DNA from: Cyanophora paradoxa CCMP329
Lineage: Eukaryota > Plantae > Glaucophyta
NCBI GenBank assembly: GCA_004431415.1
Contig: QPMI01000003.1
Span: 1-64,000, forward strand
Length of the DNA: 64,000 nt
Direction of reading: 5' to 3'
This document shows positions 24,564 to 35,866 of the stretch, piece by piece; the stretch's first letter is position 1, and the number at the start of each line of letters is the position of its first letter. The position numbers were made by a program, and so were the translations under genes. Under the pieces are notes generated by a model. That model was not told the origin of the DNA. It was given only the letters and a program-made list of their open reading frames with translations, and ran no database searches.

Positions 24564-25305
24564 TCACTTGCTCCGGTCCATCTTGCGGACATACTCGTCC
24601 AGCAGATTCGGCTTCGAGCCCGTGAGGCCACCAGTTGCGTAGACGAAGCCCGCACTCGCCGCCCCGGCGACTGCCCCGCCGATGCATGCAGCGGGCGTCC
24701 CCACTGCGGAAATGGGGTCAGGCACTGACGGTGAAAGGCTAAGCACCCAAGGCTGTGTAGCGCGTTTCGCAGCTTGTGCGCATGCGGATTCAGCTATTGC
24801 TCCGAGCGAGCCGCGCGCTTGCAGGAGGCGGCGCGCAGTGAGGCACGCACTGCGAACGCCGACGAGGGCGCCGGCGGCGGCTGCCGCGCCCATGGAGTTG
24901 TAAACATCGTCCGTCCCCCGCACGTCCTCGAGGATCTTCTCCGTGGCGGCGAAGACGGTGAAGATTGACGCGAACCAGAGCCCCTCGCCCAGAGCGACTT
25001 TCGCGCCATAGACTGTGCTGGGGTCCGCACGAACAATCTCTGCGTGAGAATAAGCCCGTCAACGGGTCAGAGGAGCCACCGGGTCCGCGTAGCCAGAATC
25101 ATGCGTGGCTGCGGCGGGCACTCACTCGCTCCGGGGTGGTGCTGCCAGGAGAACCTCGTCTGCGAGGATGACGAAAGGATCAGCGCCCGAAGGGCGAGTC
25201 GCTTTGCTCACGGTTGGTGCCTACCGCTCCCCAGGCGGCGCCGCCCATGAACCCGGCTGCCGCGTGGTTGGCGATTCGCCCAAACATGCTATCCGGCTTC
25301 TCCAT
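24564..25305 (-). CDS. Tim17/22/23-family protein, most like complex I subunit NDUFA11/B14.7
   Basis: GFMGGAAWGA; FASIFTVFAATEKILEDVRGTDDVYNSMGAAAAAGALVG (Tim17-family motif R.x.DD.xN); small Gly/Ala-rich TM segments. Confidence 0.8.
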
Positions 25306-25392
25306 CGCGTTGGCTGTCGAACCGGTCCTGGTATCCCCCCCAGTCTCCACCCCCGCTCCCGATCAAGTGCCGTGCCGCCTGTGGAAGTTCGA

Positions 25393-26923
25393 ATGGAAGA
25401 GCTGCGGGTGCGCCAATCCACCTTTTTCCGGTGCGCCGCGGGTGGAGAATTGGGCCGCAGGCGCTCGTCTTTGCGCTGGAGAAGCGCGTTGCCGTTCTCG
25501 AGGCGCGCGCGGCGCCGGCTCCGTCGAGCCCGCACTCGCCCGCTTCCTCATCATCGTGGCAAGCTGTAGAGAGCCCACGAAGCGCGCGGCGCTCTCCGGG
25601 CGCCGCGCCCGTCTCGCCTCTCGTAGCTGCTCCGCCTCCCGTCGCTGCTCCGCTACATGTACAGCCGCCTCCCATCGCGCCTATTGTGCTGCCGCCCCCC
25701 CCTCCTCCAGCGGCTCGCCGAGCGCAGGCGCCTGCAGCGCTTGCCAAGCCAACGCTGTTGAGAAAGCTGTCGAAAACCGCCGATGTTTCAGAGCTCTCAA
25801 TTGCAGGCAAGTACGCGGGTTTGAAATGCTTTTGGGCCTCTGAAGCCCTCACAGGCCAAACCGAGGAAGCGCTCAGGGCTGTACGCGCAGCGATCGCCGA
25901 CCTCCTCGCCCTCGGCTTCGTGTCGAAAACCCTTGTGCCTGATCCCCTGTCCGCCCACTCGAACGCCGCGGCTGGCGAGCTCTGGCGGCTCGCGGGGGCG
26001 CTTCTCTGCTTTCTGTGCATAGGCGTGAAACCCAAGCCGACCGGTAAGTGCTGCTCGATCACTGTTTGCGCCTCTCTTGATCGCGCTTAGGTCTGTTTCT
26101 CTCCGCGGTCTCTGAGTATTGGCACCCTTTCGAGATACTCGTTTTGCTTGCCGAGGAAAACCCCCGTATGTAAAGCAGAAGTCCCTTCTCTTAAACGCGT
26201 CTGTCTATTCGAATGCTAACCGATGGCAGGCTCGGCGACTGCCGAGGTAGTCCGCGCTATGAACAGGCCCTCAGGCGCCGAGGTGGTTGCGGGATAGGAA
26301 GCACGGATTCACACACAGCGAGCCGCTGACTTCTGCTAGGGCCCTCTCGGCGCTGCGGCGGCGGAGGAGGAAGAGGACGCCAGCTACGCAGAGGTTTCCT
26401 CCCAGGTGGGCCGGCGCCCGCACGCTCGCAATTTGATCTTCCGCCCTGCGGTCGGCGGGCGACGCGCGGGTCGGCGCGCGCGACTGCGCAGCAGGAGGTC
26501 CTCGATGCCAAGTTCGCTTGCTTCATCCGCGGCTGCCTAAAGTGCGCGAGGGCCCGCCGCCGCCCCCGCGCGGCCGAAGGGAGCACATCGCCGGCGACGC
26601 CGGCCGCGCAGCCAGCGGGTCCTGGGACGGGTCCTCTGCGAGGAGGTGCCGGGCGAGCAAGGCGGCGCCTTCCTCGCCCGCTTCGTGGACCTCTCGTGCG
26701 CCCCGAGTGGCCTCCGCCGGGCCCGCCCCGCCCCGCGCGGCGCAAAACGCCGGGGCGGGGCGGCAGGGCGGCGCCGGTGGCGGCGCAGGGCGGGCGCGCG
26801 GAGCTCGGGAAGGCCCTCGAGCCCCTCGCATCCTGGAACGCGGCGTACAGCCTCCGCCTCATCTTCCCGCCCCCGGGCCGCAGCCGCAGCTTCTCCCAGG
26901 CCGCCGGCGCGTCGCCGCTCTAG
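25393..26923 (+). CDS. Coiled-coil + Pro-rich protein with a probable RUN-like domain
   Basis: LCIGVKPK..WHPFEIL..DAKFACFIRGCL..RVLGRVL..LGKALEPL follows the RUN block pattern, recognised by eye only. Confidence 0.45.
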
Positions 26924-27184
26924 ATCTGAAGCCCCGACGCTATCATTTCAAGTTTTTGTACGCTACTAGGTAGCCTCAGCTTCGTGTATACGTACGCAGA
27001 GCACGCACGGACGCGGATCGCAATCGTTCCAGAGTGCGAACACTTGGATCCAGATCTAGGAAGACTATCAAACAGGGCCGGCGCGCGCCCGGCGGCCGGG
27101 CAGGGCGCCCAACGAACGGATCCGGATGGGCTACTACACATGTATACCCACCTGCACGCACGTGCATGCACACGAGCACTGAAG

Positions 27185-28469
27185 CTAAGTGCCCAGCACC
27201 GTGTTGTAGAACTGCAGGAGGGACTTCCTGTTCTGGTCCTGGATCTGCGCAGGGCGGCCCCCTGAGCGAGCGCGAGACGCGCGCGTACATAAGCGCGAGC
27301 GCGGACCTTGTCCTCTTTGCTTTTGTCCACCTTCGGGTTGCCCGTGCGGGGAGAGGAGCGAGCGGCGAGGCGGAGGGGGTCGGCGGCGAGGGAGGCGGGG
27401 TGGGGAGGGGCGGGCAGGCGGATGGAGGGGACCCCTACCTTCAGCCTCATGCGCTTGCCGGTGATGATCGACCTCGGGTCGCCGTCGGAGTCCGAGCTGC
27501 TGCTGCTGTCCTCCGAGTCGCTGTGCTTCGCTTTCATGAACTGCCCGCGACGCCTCGACCGCTCAGATTCATGCAGATCCCCAAGGAAGAAGAATCCGCT
27601 CACCTTCGACAGCTGAACCGGTCCGCTCTCAGACTTCTCCTTCTTCTGCGACGGGGGTGAGTTCGAGGCCACGGCCTCCAAGACGATAAACGCCCAGCGA
27701 GACATGGGCAGATTTGTGTAGGCAAGCTAGGGGCGCGAGGAGGCCCGAGTACATCTTCCAGGCGGAAGGGGAGAAGGAGACTTTCGGCGGGGCGGCGCGA
27801 GCGGAGGCTGAGGAAGTGGACCTCGCCCATACGCGTGGGCGGGGCCGCATTCGCGAGAGCGCACGCTCTTGCTTTTCTTGCTCTTCTTATCTTTATCCTT
27901 CTTGTCCTTCTTGTCCTTCTTCTTGTCCTTCTTCTTGTCCTTCTTCTGCAAAGCGAGAGTACAAGTGAGCTCCAATTTTCGGGGACCCGGGCAGACAGCT
28001 CGCGCTTGGGCTACCTTGGATCGCTTCTTTCTCTTCTTTTCCTGCTTAGTAACATCAATCAGTCGCCAACATAGCGCCCCCTGGAGGCGGAGGAGTATTG
28101 ACCTCGTCGCTGCTGCTGCTGCTGCTGGAGCTCGACGAAGAACTGCGCGATCTACGGGCGTGTGCGCGAGCGGTTTAATGTCTTTTGCGGAGACCCTGTG
28201 CCGCGGTTGCGTACCGCTTGCTGCTGGAGCGCTTCTTCTTCGACCTGCTCTTCCGCGACTCGCGCTCGCTGCTGGAGCTGCTGCTCGACGAAGAGCTGCT
28301 GCTGCTAGACGCTGCGCATAGGTATAGCCTCAGAACTGAAGCGCGCGGGCTTCGCAGCATACTTCGCACCTCGGGAGCGGCGCTTTTCCTTTGACCTTCC
28401 CCGATCACGCGCACTATCTTCTTCCCTCGCCACCTTCCGGCCCCGTTCCTTGTCGTCGTCGCTAGCCAT
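27185..28469 (-). CDS. Ser/Arg/Lys/Asp-rich (probably nuclear) protein with a conserved-looking C-terminus
   Basis: Poly-Ser and (KKD)n tracts; GPVQLSK-FMK; RSIITGKRMRLK-VDKSKEDK-IQDQNRKSLLQFYN; stop at 27185. Confidence 0.7.
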
Positions 28470-28543
28470 CTGTGGGGGTACACCTTACGCAAAGCAGCTC
28501 TGTGCGGCGTGAGGGGTCCGCCTGGCCGAGCAGCCCGTTGTGG

Positions 28544-29232
28544 ATGCCCGGGCCGCCGTGGTTTTTGGCCTTCGCGACCGCCGGCGTTGCCCTCCTACTC
28601 CTCTTCATCTTCACCAACGCGAACAGCGCGGAGGACGCGGAGAAGCGGAAGCGGCGCAAAGCAATGAAGGAGATCGACCCCAGGGCGCACCTCAACGATG
28701 TTGAGTCCAGGCTGAATGCGGTTGTCACAGGTTCGTGTGACAGGCCGATTCCCTGACCCGCCGCCGCGCGTGTTTGCGCGAGAGAGTTTGGGGGGGCTAT
28801 CGTCTGAGAGTTCTATGCGCCGGAGAAGCCCGCCGCTGCGCCGCCAACGCAGCCCGCGCCGGGGGGCCTAGCGTCTGAGAGTTCTATGCGCCGGAGAAGC
28901 CCGCCGCTGCGCCGCCAACGCAGCTCGCCTCAGACATTGGAACCCTGCATGAGGACATTCAGCAGGCGAAGCGCTCCGGAACGCCAACGCAGCCTCTAGT
29001 GCGGCGAGTTTTGGCCACCGAGGACAATCTTAGTGCGCATCCTGCCCGCCGTGACCGCCCTGGCCCTGGAACCCTGACTCGTGGTCCTTCACTCTTAGTG
29101 AAACTGCTGGAGAGCACCGATGCCGTCACAGGCGACGAAGAGCTGCGCGCCCTGCGAAAGCAGACTGTGCTGAGGATTCAAGACGTTCTGAACCAAGTGG
29201 ACGCTGTAAAGATCTTCGTGTCCGCTCCTTAG
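28544..29232 (+). CDS. N-terminally membrane-anchored BAG-domain co-chaperone
   Basis: TM WFLAFATAGVALLLLFIF; BAG-like helices EDNL-MKLLESTDAVTGDEELRALRKQTVLRIQDVLNQVD. Confidence 0.72.
28801..28924. repeat. Perfect 53-bp direct repeat inside intron 1 of the BAG gene
   Basis: cgtctgagagttctatgcgccggagaagcccgccgctgcgccgccaacgcagc at 28801-28853 and 28872-28924. Confidence 0.92.
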
Positions 29233-29426
29233 AGACCAAGTAGAGCCTTAGGTATTCTGATAGGATTTCGCGCGGGGGCTTTGCCTCAGCTGTGCCTTCG
29301 CTTCTTAAACCGTCAATGAAAACAATTAACCTAACTGGATTCGTAGTGCTGGCGCGGTACGCGCCGGCAATGCCGCATGCGCGTGCACTGATCCGCACTG
29401 TGACGCACAGGCAGCCTGGCTGTGGA

Positions 29427-29566
29427 AGTGCTCATGACCGGCCAGCGGTCGGGCCGCGGCGCCGGCACGCGGACACGTGCAGCTGCAGGCGCATATGCAT
29501 CGATATCGGCACTGGCTGTGCATATGCATGTGACCACGCGTACGGGAGTGCTCATGACCGGCCAGC
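29427..29566. repeat. 20-bp intergenic direct repeat, 120-bp period
   Basis: agtgctcatgaccggccagc at 29427-29446 and 29547-29566. Confidence 0.85.
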
Positions 29567-29988
29567 CTGGCAGCGCTAGCGCTGGAGAGGCGCGTGGCGC
29601 GCGCGGGCAGATCGTGCCGTAGTGCACGTGCACGTCAACGTTCAGCGCCGCGGCGCGCGCAGTCCCCATGCATATGGCCAAGCTCGGCAGGCAGCGAGGC
29701 TAGCGCTAACGCTCCACGGCGCTGGCGTGGCTGTTTCTGCGTTGCTTGCGTGCCCAGCTGCACGCCAGCTGCAGCCAGACTCTGAGAGCTAGCGCTGCAC
29801 TCGCCCTGCCGTGGGTCCGCACTGGCCTGGCCCCACAGCCCTGGCATGCGCAGAGGCTCATCCATCATGGGCCATGGCTGCTGGCCGCTGGCCATGGCCG
29901 CTGGCCGCTGGCCGCGCTGCGCGCGGCTGGCCGCTGGCGGGGTAAGGGGGTACGGGGTGCGACCGGCAGCTGAAGGACTGATCGAAGA

Positions 29989-31632
29989 ATGGCCGAGGGC
30001 CGTCCAGATACACCAACCGACGGATCTTCACCTGCTGCCGATGCCTCGAGCGCCGAACCGCCAGCCCCTGCAGCGGCGCCGGGTGATGGCTCTCCGCCTG
30101 GAGATGATTCCGGTGGATCCCGAAAGCGTCCACATTCGGAGGGGGGCAGCTCCAGCGTTGACGTGGTCCGCGCCCGCGCAGTGAGTGCACGAGCTGCCTG
30201 TTCACACGACGGCGAATGCTGACCAGTGACCGACCGCAGCGTCCCCGCCAGCGCCAAGTAACACAGCCGAGTGTTCCGTCCTCTTTTGCTGTGATTGATC
30301 TTACCGACGACTCGGTCCCTTCACTCGGCTCGGCGGATGGGCCTGAGCTGGAAGCGCGGGCTGTGCCCCCCGCCAGCTCCTCGGCGCCCCCAGTGTTTCG
30401 CCCACCGCCATCTCCCGGCACAGGAACGGATTTCTCGCCGCTCCTAACCAATCTGCTGATGCAACGGCGGCCCTCGTCATCCCCACATCCGACCAGCGAC
30501 GAGCCGCCGGACGCGCTCGACGAGCGGATGCGTACTTCCCTCTCGCGCTTCTCGGCGGCACTCGGCGCGTCGTCTTCGGATGCCGCGGGCTCCTCTTCGT
30601 CGTCCTCTGCGGCCCGCCGCGACATCCAGGAGCCTTTCCTGGCCCGCCGTCGGATGCGGCGCCAGGCGCTCCTTGGGGCCGCTTCGGAGCCCGTCGCAGA
30701 CGCTCGCTCCAGCCGTACCGCCCTGGGATCCGTCCAACGTGCGTCAGAGCGGCCCTCGGCGGCCCTCGACACCGCGGCTGCCGCAGACTCCTCTGCAGCG
30801 GCCGCCCGAGCCGGCGTTGGAGAGCGCCCCGTGCGCAGCTCCTGCACTTTATCGTCAGCCTCTTCTTGACGGCCGCGCACAGGTCTCCCCTCCGGCGTTC
30901 CCGCCCGGCTACTGGCGAGGCCCGCCGCCGTTCGCGTTTGCACCCGACGAGCCGGCGCCGTTCCCTCCGGTCTCGCCGCCGCGGCATTCTGTGTCGCCGC
31001 TGCACCATTCTGTGTCGCCCCCGCGGGCCGCCGTGTCGCCCCTGCCCCCGGGGGCCGACTTGATGGCGGGGCTGGACCCGGGGGCCATCTCGCCGTTGCG
31101 CCAGTACGCGAGGCGCCCCGGCGAGCGTGAGCCGCCGGGCGAGAGGGAGCGCCTCATCGACGAGGTGCGCCCGCCTCCGCCGCCCGCAGATCACGCCGGC
31201 GCCGCGCCGACGCGCGCGGGGCAGGCCCTCGGGCTCCCCGAGCCGCCGTACTTCTTCCCGGGCCGGAACCAGCAGCGGCGGGCGGCGCTGGCGGCGGCCA
31301 TGGGCGAGATCCGCCGGGCGGAGGAGCTCCGCCGGGGCGAGGAGCTCCGCCGGGCGGAGGAGCTCCCGACGTCGCCGCGCGCCTCGCCCGCCGCCGCGTG
31401 CGCCCCGCCCCGCCCCACCCACGCCCCGCCCACGCCCCGCGCAGGCCATGGTGCTCGCTCTCGAACGGGAGCGCGAGCGCGAGCGTGATCGCGAGCGCGA
31501 GCTCGATCGTGAGCTCGAGCGTCGTCGGGAGCGCGCGCGCGAGCGGGAGCGCGAGCGGGAGCGCGAGCGGGAGCGCGAGCGGGAGCGCGAGCGGGGCCGC
31601 TTCCGCCACTACTACGCACACCCGTTCCCGCA

Positions 31633-31671
<39 letters not shown>

Positions 31672-32902
31672 TGCCCCCAGGCCGATCGATCTGTACGAGT
31701 GGGTGGAAGAGGTGGAGGGCGCCCCGGTGGCCGGGCCGCCGGGACCGGACGCCAACGGAGACGCGGAAGCCGCCGCCGCCGCCGGCGCGGGGCCGGCGCG
31801 CCTGCGGCGGCGGCGGCGGCGGGGCCGCTGGAGGCGGGCCTGCGGGATCTTCTGGCGCAGCGGCTGGGACCGACGCTCGAGTCTCTCAAGTGCGCCATCT
31901 GCCTGGAGACCTTCGCCCGCCCCGCCGCCCTCGCCTGCGGCCACGTCTTTTGGTGCCCCGCCCCGCCCCGCCCCGCCCCGCCCCGCCCCGCCCCGCCCCT
32001 TCTAAATCTCACGCTCGGGCAGCCACGGGTGCCTGGACTCGTGGTCGCGGGCGCCCGGGGCGCAGCAGCGGCCCGTCTGCCCCTCCTGCCGCGCCCCGTT
32101 CCGCCCGCGGGAGGTCGCCCCTGTGCCCCCTCGACGCGGTCGTCCAGGTGCCCCGGCGGCCCGGCGCGCCCCCGCCCTGCCCGGCCCGGCCTGACGCCCC
32201 GCGCCCCCGCCCCCGCCCCGCAGGACCTCGAGCGCCTCATCTCGGGCCGCGTCCTCCGCAAACAGCCGCCGAGGCCCGCCCGGCCGCGCCCGCCCCGGCA
32301 CCCGCCCGGCGCCCGCCCCCGCGCCGGGCCGCATCCCGGAGGCGGAGGCTGCCGTGGAGGGCCCGCGGCCGGGCTTCATGCGGGCCCTCGATTTCCTCGG
32401 CGACGGCCCCCGGCGGCCGCCCTCGCTGCCGCCCGCGCCGGTCGCGGCTTCGCCCGGCGCGTGCTGCCGGCGGCGGCGGTGCCGCGCCCTGCCCGCTACC
32501 GGCCGGTCTCGCCGCCCGCGCATGGACAGGGGTGTTGCGAGTGGGGCGGGGGCAGGGCGAAGCGGTCTCGCCGATCGCGCGGGCGGTGCCGCCGGCGCCG
32601 CGGGCCGGCGGGGCGTGGAGGACTTCTTCGACCCGCTGGGCGTGGACGCGGCCCTCCTGGACGACGTCGCCTTTGACGCCGCGCTGCTCCGCGACATCGA
32701 CGCCCCCGTACGCGCCCCGCGCCGCGCCCAGCGGCCCGCGCAGCTGCAGGCCCCCGCCGCCCCGCCCGCCCCCGAGCCCGCCGCCGCACCCGCCCCGGCA
32801 CCGGCGCCGGCGGCCATCGCCGAGGCGCTGCCCGGCCCCATCGACATCGGCTCGCCGCGCGGCCCCGACGCAGGCTTCCCCTTCGACCTCGACTTCCTCT
32901 AG
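29989..32902 (+). CDS. SIM-containing C3HC4 RING protein (RNF4/Slx8-like SUMO-targeted ubiquitin ligase candidate), copy 1
   Basis: RKRP NLS, SIM VIDLTDD, (RE)n tract, and RING CAICLETFARPAALACGHVF-CHGC..VCPSCR. Confidence 0.75.
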
Positions 32903-33268
32903 TGTAGAGATCTAGGCCGCGCGCCGTGGCCCTGTCGCGGTCCCTCGAGCCCTGCGACGGCCCCTGTTGGCTCCTGCTCCAGCTTGTGCATGTGTAAATA
33001 TTCGATATCGATGCTACCTGCGGCAAGGCTTGCCCGAATTGACCGATTGCGGCTCTGACGTCGACGGAGCCTCGGCCCGGCGCCGGCGCCGGCGCCGGCA
33101 CTGGAAATTCGCACCCGAGAAGCCGCGCGCGAAGGTTCACCCCATCTAGGGGGGTACAGTGCTACGTGCAAAAGCTCTTCACCACACGTACGGCCGATTC
33201 GAGCAATTGCAAACTCGACACCACCGACGTCGACGGTCGTCGAGTCGAGCGTATTAAACGCAGCGGTC

Positions 33269-35866
33269 ATGGCGCCGCCCGAAGAGATTATCGCCCGGCT
33301 TGCCGGGCTGCTAAAGCAGGAGAGACCCGTCCGCAGCTGGAAGCAGGAGCTGTTCGGGGCGAGCGTCGATAACAAGCAGCTGTACGCTCCGCCCGCCATC
33401 AGACGCCGCTGCGAAGCCGCTCATCAGCGTCGCCCGCAGGCTCGTCAACTGGCTCGACTACGTACAGACAGACGCCGGACGTGAAGCGCTGTACGAGGCG
33501 CTGAACGCAGTTTGCCGGGCGGACCTGCCTCAGCAGGTGCGCTCCCAACTCGCTGCAGGCTGCAAGCTTGACGGGCACGACGCAGGCCCGCGCACGGGCG
33601 TCCCTAGCCGCGTTCCTGTCGATTTGTGCGGACGCGGTTTGCCAGCAGTGTTCGGAGGGCACCCAGGAGCGCTACGTGCACCTCCGCATCACGGAGCTGG
33701 CGGCCAGCCTGGAGCGCGAGGGCCACGCCATCCTGCGCTCGGCGCTCGTGGCTCCTTTCATGCAGAAGGCGCGCTCGGCGCTCGTTCGCCCCGCCCGGCC
33801 CCGCCCCGCTGATTTCGACTCCCGTGCGCGGCAGGACGGCGAGACGGCGCAGACGTGCCACAGGACGTACGGGGACGGGGGCATCGCCGTGCCCGCCGGC
33901 GGCTCGGGCTCTCCGTCCGGCGCGCTGGCGGAGGCCTGCGTCCGCCTCCCCGCGAGGATATCCTTCGCCGGTGCGCCCCAGGGCTCTGCCCCGCCCGCGC
34001 CCCGGCCCCGGGGCCGCCCGCCCGACGGACGAGAACGCGACGCGGGGGCAGGCGGGTGGCTGGACACGCCGCCGCACTGCCTGGAGAAGGGCGGCCTGCT
34101 CGTGCACGCCGCCATCGAGCTTGATGGCCGCCTCCCCATCACCGTCCGCCCCCGCCCCGCGCCCGCCCCGGCGCCCCGGCGCCCCGGCGCTCCAGATCTG
34201 ATGCTGGCCGGGCTCCGGCGCGGGCAGGCGTTCGCGCGGCTGATCCCGCGGCCGCAACTCGAGCTCGCCAGCATCGACCTCTCCGCCCACCGCGTCCTCT
34301 CCTCCCTCGACGAGCTCCGCTCCTACACCGAGCCCGGCGGTGCGCGCGGTACCCCCCTTCGGGCCCGGTCGCCCCCGTCCGGTGCGGTGCGGTGCGGGGC
34401 CGACGGGGCGGGGCAGGGGATGCCTTCGCGCTGCACAAGGCCGTCCTCTCGTTCTTCTTCTGGCGGTGGGTGGGGGCCCCCACGGGCTCCCCGGCGCAGC
34501 CGGGCCCGGGCCTCGCCTCGTCGCTCGCCTCGTGCCTGGAGGCGTGGTGCGGGCCGGGGCGGGGCCTGGAGCTCGCGACGGAGGTGTACCTGCCCAAGGG
34601 GAGCGGCCTCGGCACGAGCTCCATCCTCGCCCTCGCCTGCCTCCGCGCCCTCCGCGCCCTCTTCTCCCCGGGGCCCGACGAGGCGGGGGCCGGCGGGGGC
34701 GGGGGCGAGGGCGAGGGGGACGGGGCGCTGGAGACGCGGGGGGCGAGCGGGCGCGTGTACGCGAGCAGCGCGCGGCGGGCGGCGCTGGACGACGAGTACA
34801 ACGCCGTCCTCGCCATCGAGCAGATGCTCACCACCGGCGGCGGCTGGAACGCGCGCCCCGCGCCCGCCGGCCCCCGCGCCCGCCGGCTCACTGCGGGGCG
34901 GGCAGGACCAGGTGGGGGGCGGGACGCCGGGCATCAAGCGCGTGGACAGCAAGCCCGGGGTCAGGCAGGTGCCAGGCCCCGCCCCGCCCGCCCCGCTCCC
35001 CTACCCCCCAAGCGCGCCCGGCCATCGGCAGGCGTACACGATCACGCACTTGGAGCTCAGCCCGGAGCACAAGCGCCGCTTCAACGAAAAGGCGCGGGCC
35101 CATCCCCCGAACTCGCTCCCACACCTCCCTCCCCGCGACCGCGTACCCCCGCAGCTCCTGGTGGTGTACACGGGGCAGCAGCGCCTCGCGAAGACGGTCC
35201 TCTCCCGCGTCGTCTCTAACTGGGTCCTCCGGTGCGGTTATCCCCTCGTGACGATGAGCGCCGTACCCTCCTGACGCCGGGGCAGGGAGGAGGGGATACA
35301 CGCGAAGATGGAGCGGCTTCGTTCGCTCGCGGAGCACTTCTTCGGCCTCCTCGAGCGCTTCGCGTCCCTCGCCCCGGAGAGCGTCGACTCCGCCAGCGGT
35401 GCCGCCCCCTCGCCTCGTATCCCGTACCCCCTCCGACCGGCTCTTTATCGTACCCCCAGACGCGATCTTCGACGCGATGGGGGCGGCCCTGCTGGACATC
35501 CGGTGCGCCTCGCCGCGCCCCCTCTCGCTTCGCGCCGGCGGCGAACGCTCGTCCAGGCGGGGGAACGTTGCCCTCGAGGAGACGTGGACGAACGAGAACG
35601 TAGACGCCCTGTACGCCGTCCTCGAGCCCTTCGGTGCGCCCCGGGCCGGGCCGGATTCGACCCCCCGCGCGCTCGCGCCGCGTCGCTGAGGGCGCGGGGG
35701 CGGCGGCCTGGCAGTCTCGGGGTCGTACCTGGTGGGGGCCGGCAGCGGCGGCTTCGTGGTGGGCTTCCTGCGCGCGGGGGCGACGCGGGGGGCGGTCGGG
35801 GCGGCGCTGCGGGAGGGGCGGAGGGGGGCAGCTCCAGCGTTGACGTGGTCCGCGCCCGCGCAGTGA
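33269..35866 (+). CDS. FCSK: L-fucokinase-like GHMP kinase, copy 1 (apparent frameshift near 33392; last ~13 aa replaced at the duplication junction)
   Basis: RLPARISFAG-GWLDTPP, ALHKAVL, LPKGSGLGTSSILA, EQMLTTGGGWN-DQVGG, LLVVYTGQQRLAK, GAGSGGF. Confidence 0.85.

Noticed and set aside
28801-29566. Direct repeats with spacers as a possible CRISPR array
   Set aside because: Each repeat has only two copies, there are no cas genes and the context is eukaryotic; one pair lies inside an intron.
31465-31595. (GAGCGC/GAGCGG)n repeat as a satellite or telomere-like sequence
   Set aside because: It is the coding RE-dipeptide tract of the RING protein.
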